Positions 60,276 through 64,000 of a stretch of DNA of 64,000 bases are shown here, piece after piece (position 1 is the stretch's first letter; the number at the start of each line of letters is the position of its first letter). The translations under genes were made by a program, and so were the position numbers. Under the pieces are notes generated by a model. It searched no databases and was not told the DNA's origin. It saw nothing but the letters and a program-made list of their open reading frames with translations. The stretch comes from Planctomycetota bacterium (lineage in GTDB: Bacteria; Planctomycetota; JACOTG01; JAJDCM01), in contig JAJDCM010000367.1 of assembly GCA_029260825.1 (NCBI GenBank), positions 8,456-72,455 on the forward strand, read 5' to 3'.

Positions 60276-61409
60276 CTAGGAGTTCTTCACCAGCCAATCG
60301 ATCCATAGATCAAAAAGTGCACTATGGACTGCTCCCCCACGGCTTCCGTTGGTCAGAACGATGAGAGCATCGCCCGACTTTGGAACAAGAGATAGGCGTG
60401 CCATCCACCCACGATTTGCCCCGTTGTGTCCGACCCATTCAATGCCACGAGTCGTCTCGACACTATACCCCAGACCGTATCCGGGGGAGGCCAAGGCCGG
60501 AGTCTGCATCGTCCGAACCGATGCGGCGGAAAGCGGCGACCGGAGCCCTTCAACACGATCATGAAACTCGGCAAGGCTCGCCTGGGCAAACCGGGCGAAT
60601 TCGTTCGGTGACGTCTGGAGTCCGGCGGCCGCCGCTGCGGTAAATCTTGGACCGGCGATTGGCTGTCGCGATCGGTCATAAGGCGTGGCCGCTAACTTAT
60701 CGATTTCTTCGGTCCATCGATAATCGCTCGATTTCATACCCAAAGGCAACAATACATTCTTCTTCATGTACTCAGCAAAGGGAAGCCCACTTGCCTCTTC
60801 GATAGCGAGTTGAGCGATCGTGTAACCTCCCCCAGAATACTTCCATTGAGTACCTGGCTCGAACAACAGATAGACACCCCCTGATCCGTTGGTTGCACCG
60901 GAAAGAGAAGCCTCGACCGTCGGAAGCGCCTCACCCGGTTGAAACCCGGGGTAACCATGGAGCGAAAGCCCTGCGGTGTGACTGAGTAGGCGCCTGAGGG
61001 TGACTTTGCCGGAATCGATCGCAGATTCCGGAAGCTTCCACCGGCTGAGGGATTTCTCGATCGGTGCATCAAGATCGAGCTTGCCCTCTTCGACGAGAAG
61101 CATGGCCCCCCAGGCCGCAACGGTTTTCGACACAGAGCCGACGTTAAAGACCGTATCTCCCGTAACGGGTGTTTCCTGTTCAAGGTCGGAATACCCAAAG
61201 CCACCGGTCCAGGCGATTTCACCCTTTCGAAGGATTGCCACACCCGCTCCAGGAACCCGATTCCGCGCCAGGAGGCCAGGAGCGCGCTTGTTGAACAGGC
61301 GAAGGAGGCTATCGACGGATGAAAGCTCTTCTTGAGCCGAGGCAGGTGACGGGAACCCCCAGATCAAAACCAGAATCAGAAAACAAACGGCCTTGTAAGT
61401 GCGCTTCAT
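60276..61409 (-). CDS. Serine hydrolase (beta-lactamase class C/AmpC-like family)
   Basis: Signal peptide; SVSK, LLSHTAG, YSGGGY, GHNG. Confidence 0.9.
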   Translation of the reverse strand: MKRTYKAVCFLILVLIWGFPSPASAQEELSSVDSLLRLFNKRAPGLLARNRVPGAGVAILRKGEIAWTGGFGYSDLEQETPVTGDTVFNVGSVSKTVAAWGAMLLVEEGKLDLDAPIEKSLSRWKLPESAIDSGKVTLRRLLSHTAGLSLHGYPGFQPGEALPTVEASLSGATNGSGGVYLLFEPGTQWKYSGGGYTIAQLAIEEASGLPFAEYMKKNVLLPLGMKSSDYRWTEEIDKLAATPYDRSRQPIAGPRFTAAAAAGLQTSPNEFARFAQASLAEFHDRVEGLRSPLSAASVRTMQTPALASPGYGLGYSVETTRGIEWVGHNGANRGWMARLSLVPKSGDALIVLTNGSRGGAVHSALFDLWIDWLVKNS

Positions 61410-61499
61410 GGCAGTTCCCCTGAAATATGGATGAAGAGTCGAACACACGCCTGAATACGAACGATCACCACTCTCATTCCAGAGAATCAGTTGGTGAGC

Positions 61500-62399
61500 T
61501 CAATCCGTTAACTGGATTTTCGCCACCTTGGGGGCTCGAGGAAGAAGCACCCGAAGCTCAACCCGTTCGTTCCTGGAGAGCAAACGGACGCGTTGCTCAC
61601 TGAAACCGACAAAAGCTCCTTCCCCATCAAACATCTCGAGGCGGACGTAGCCCCGAGCAAGGGCTTCAACAGCAAGACGCTTCCCCAGGGTTCCACTGTC
61701 TTGCAGAGCCTTCTCATAACTCTTCAGGTCGACGGGGTAGCCGTCTCCCCGACGCAGTACCAGGACCAGCTCTTGAGGATGAGAACCACTTCGAGGTTCT
61801 TCCACGATTACCAGATCGCTAAATTCGCCCGCATCGACTTCGACCAACGCAGGGTCAAGGGGAGAAACCGCAGAAACCAAACTCCGCGTCACTTCCGCGA
61901 CATCGAAGAAGATAGAAAACACTCCGAGAAGTGCCAGGGACACAAGAGCAACCGAGAGAATGGTGATCGCAAGGCGCTGACGGCTCATCGGTTCTCTGGG
62001 CGCAATCGTCTTGGCCTCAACCGAACGCTGGTGGGTTTCTACCGTTCCATCAGGACGAAACCTGAAGACCGTCTGAACTTCTTCTCCCGGGCGAAACTCG
62101 GAACTGCGAAGCGTCGAAGTGAGACCGGGTGGGAATCCTTCGGGGAAGGCCTGGGTGAGGTTGGTGAGAAGCTGGCGCAAACCTTCGTCCGGAAGTGCAC
62201 CGAGTCGGCTCGCCAGCAAAGGACTCTCATCTGGAAGAAGGCTGAAGGTGTCTCCGGAGAGATCAAGGGAAAACGAAGGACCTAGCTTCGCCGCGAAGGA
62301 AACCCACTCCCTGAGTTTGTCCTGGAACTCAAGTTCGCCAGGAAGTCGCCCCTCGACCAGGCCATCCAGAAGGAGTGTTCCTTCTACGTGCTCGGTCAT
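61500..62399 (-). CDS. Hypothetical single-pass membrane protein
   Basis: 299-aa ORF with a central TM helix; ATGA overlap with the upstream gene. Confidence 0.7.
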   Translation of the reverse strand: MTEHVEGTLLLDGLVEGRLPGELEFQDKLREWVSFAAKLGPSFSLDLSGDTFSLLPDESPLLASRLGALPDEGLRQLLTNLTQAFPEGFPPGLTSTLRSSEFRPGEEVQTVFRFRPDGTVETHQRSVEAKTIAPREPMSRQRLAITILSVALVSLALLGVFSIFFDVAEVTRSLVSAVSPLDPALVEVDAGEFSDLVIVEEPRSGSHPQELVLVLRRGDGYPVDLKSYEKALQDSGTLGKRLAVEALARGYVRLEMFDGEGAFVGFSEQRVRLLSRNERVELRVLLPRAPKVAKIQLTD

Positions 62400-63013
62400 A
62401 CAGTAAAGTTCGGCTTGACCTGCGACACCTCGTCAGCACGAATCCATTGCGGCAAGCTTTCGGTCCAAACCAGGTTGCTACCCCGAACTTTTCCCTTCTT
62501 CAAAAGGGCAATCAGCTCGGATTGCTTGACGGGACCAAAGGTCTCTCCATCAATTTCATAGTGCCAAAAAAGCCCGGAACTCTCCTTCTTTGATTCAGGC
62601 CCCGGTTTGCTCTCAACGACATCGGAGGTCGTGTCGGACGCCTCAAAACCCGACTCCCCAAGATGAGGAACCGGCTCCATCGGGGCCCCCATCGCTCGGG
62701 TGTCCATCCCCAGAGCTCGATCATGCTCATCGAGACGAGCCAGACTCTCTCGACGAAGAGCATCCGTCTTCATCTTCTCCTGACGCAGCTGCTCCCGCAT
62801 GCGTCTCTGGTCACCCTTGATTTTCTTCTGATCGGAATCAAGCAGATTCAGATTGGGAAGAACCGCAACGATGATGATCCCGATCACTCCGAGAAAAAAA
62901 CCGCCGAAAAACCATCCGCCAGAGGATCGCCCCCTGTTTGACGCGATGGAGCTGGCGATAATCGCGCAGAGTAGCTTCCACACAATCGTGCCGCCTACGA
63001 TTCTAACGTCCAT
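62396..63013 (-). CDS. Membrane protein with GYF_2 (DUF4339) domain
   Basis: IASNRGRSSGGWFF TM region, coiled coil, WHY...GP...LVWTESLPQW. Confidence 0.8.
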   Translation of the reverse strand: MDVRIVGGTIVWKLLCAIIASSIASNRGRSSGGWFFGGFFLGVIGIIIVAVLPNLNLLDSDQKKIKGDQRRMREQLRQEKMKTDALRRESLARLDEHDRALGMDTRAMGAPMEPVPHLGESGFEASDTTSDVVESKPGPESKKESSGLFWHYEIDGETFGPVKQSELIALLKKGKVRGSNLVWTESLPQWIRADEVSQVKPNFTV

Positions 63014-63221
63014 TGAATCCTCCACTCCTTGAGCGTCTGTTTCCGCTCTCTCAAGTCATCCGGCCGTCGGGCCTATCCTGCGTGTTCCCCACGATTAACG
63101 AAACAATGCGGCGCGGGTTCACTCGGCTTCCATGGTATCTCGAGCGACCCCGGTTTTCCCGGGCTTTCCCTCGTCTTTTAGAGCGTATTCGTGGCAACAT
63201 GGAGAAATGAGGAGGTTTTCC

Positions 63222-64000
63222 ATGATGAAGTCGATTCTTCTGGTATTTCTGGGGCTCTCGTGGGCCCTGACACGACCCGCGGTCGCCCGAGATCACCGAC
63301 CAAAACGGCCCCCGAATATCATCTATGTGCTCGCCGATGACCTGGGTTTCAATGAGGTCGGCTGCTACGGGCAATCCAAGATCAAGACCCCGAACATCGA
63401 CCGGATTGCCCGGGAAGGCATGCGGTTCACCCAGCATTATTCAGGATCTCCGGTCTGCGCGCCCTCTCGATGTGTCCTTCTCACGGGAAAGCACACGGGC
63501 AATGCCTACGTCCGCGACAACTACGAAATGGGAGGCTGGAAACGAGACTCCAAGGAGGGACAGCTCTCTCTCCTGAAGGACACCTTCACGCTACCCAAGC
63601 TCTTGCAGAAGAACGGGTACCGCACCGGGGCCATGGGCAAATGGGGGCTTGGCGGTCCCGATTCCCCGGGACACCCGAACCTCCAGGGATTTGATGAGTG
63701 GTACGGCTACCTCTGCCAGCGAGTTGCCCACAACTACTACCCAACTCACCTCTGGAGGAACCAGGAAAAACACGTTCTTTCCAACCCCTATTTTGCTGCC
63801 CACCAGAAGTTCAGCGGCCGGCCAGACAACCCGGAGTCCTACGCCAAGTATGCAGGAGAGGACTACTCCATGGACTTCATGACCCGGGAGGCTCTCACGT
63901 TCGTTCGAGAAAACAAGGATCGCCCCTTCTTTCTGTATCTTCCGTTTCCCGTTCCCCACGTCTCCCTGCAGGTCCCCGAGGACTCACTCGAAGAATACCG
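63222..64000 (+). CDS. Arylsulfatase (partial, runs off the window end)
   Basis: Not in the ORF track. GAGGAGG RBS; PNIIYVLADDLG, TPNID, CAPSRCVLLTG, GKWGLG. Confidence 0.93.
   Translation, partial: MMKSILLVFLGLSWALTRPAVARDHRPKRPPNIIYVLADDLGFNEVGCYGQSKIKTPNIDRIAREGMRFTQHYSGSPVCAPSRCVLLTGKHTGNAYVRDNYEMGGWKRDSKEGQLSLLKDTFTLPKLLQKNGYRTGAMGKWGLGGPDSPGHPNLQGFDEWYGYLCQRVAHNYYPTHLWRNQEKHVLSNPYFAAHQKFSGRPDNPESYAKYAGEDYSMDFMTREALTFVRENKDRPFFLYLPFPVPHVSLQVPEDSLEEY

Overview
A GC-rich bacterial window, most likely from a Planctomycetota genome. That is an inference from the TIGR02999-type ECF sigma factor, four large Ser/Thr kinases and several sulfatases. No rRNA, tRNA or CRISPR array was recognised. 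Layout: (1) 1-5100, a decayed accessory patch with three fragments of one integrase-core IS family, a 55-bp dispersed repeat, small hypothetical genes and an orphan Doc. (2) 5100-17000, a low-oxygen island: two Usp proteins, a Rieske + cytochrome b + octaheme HAO-like operon, a porin, ZIP, CBS, a FixL-like PAS kinase/NarL pair and a Crp/Fnr regulator. Seven FNR-type boxes lie in its promoters, and kynA and a 180-bp MITE sit inside it. (3) 18800-31800 and 52400-60200, ECF/Ser-Thr-kinase modules interleaved with secreted modular proteins. Two of these share an unnamed N-terminal domain, fused in one to a tail-collar/HxH fibre and in the other to a possible phage-tail-like tip. Two beta-propeller proteins, plus one broken remnant, share an unnamed C-terminal domain of about 160 aa. 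(4) Assorted hydrolases, MscS, a cytochrome c oxidase operon, Rrf2, a triple-lipoprotein operon and several pseudogenes. Family assignments come from motif recognition by eye, not from database searches.
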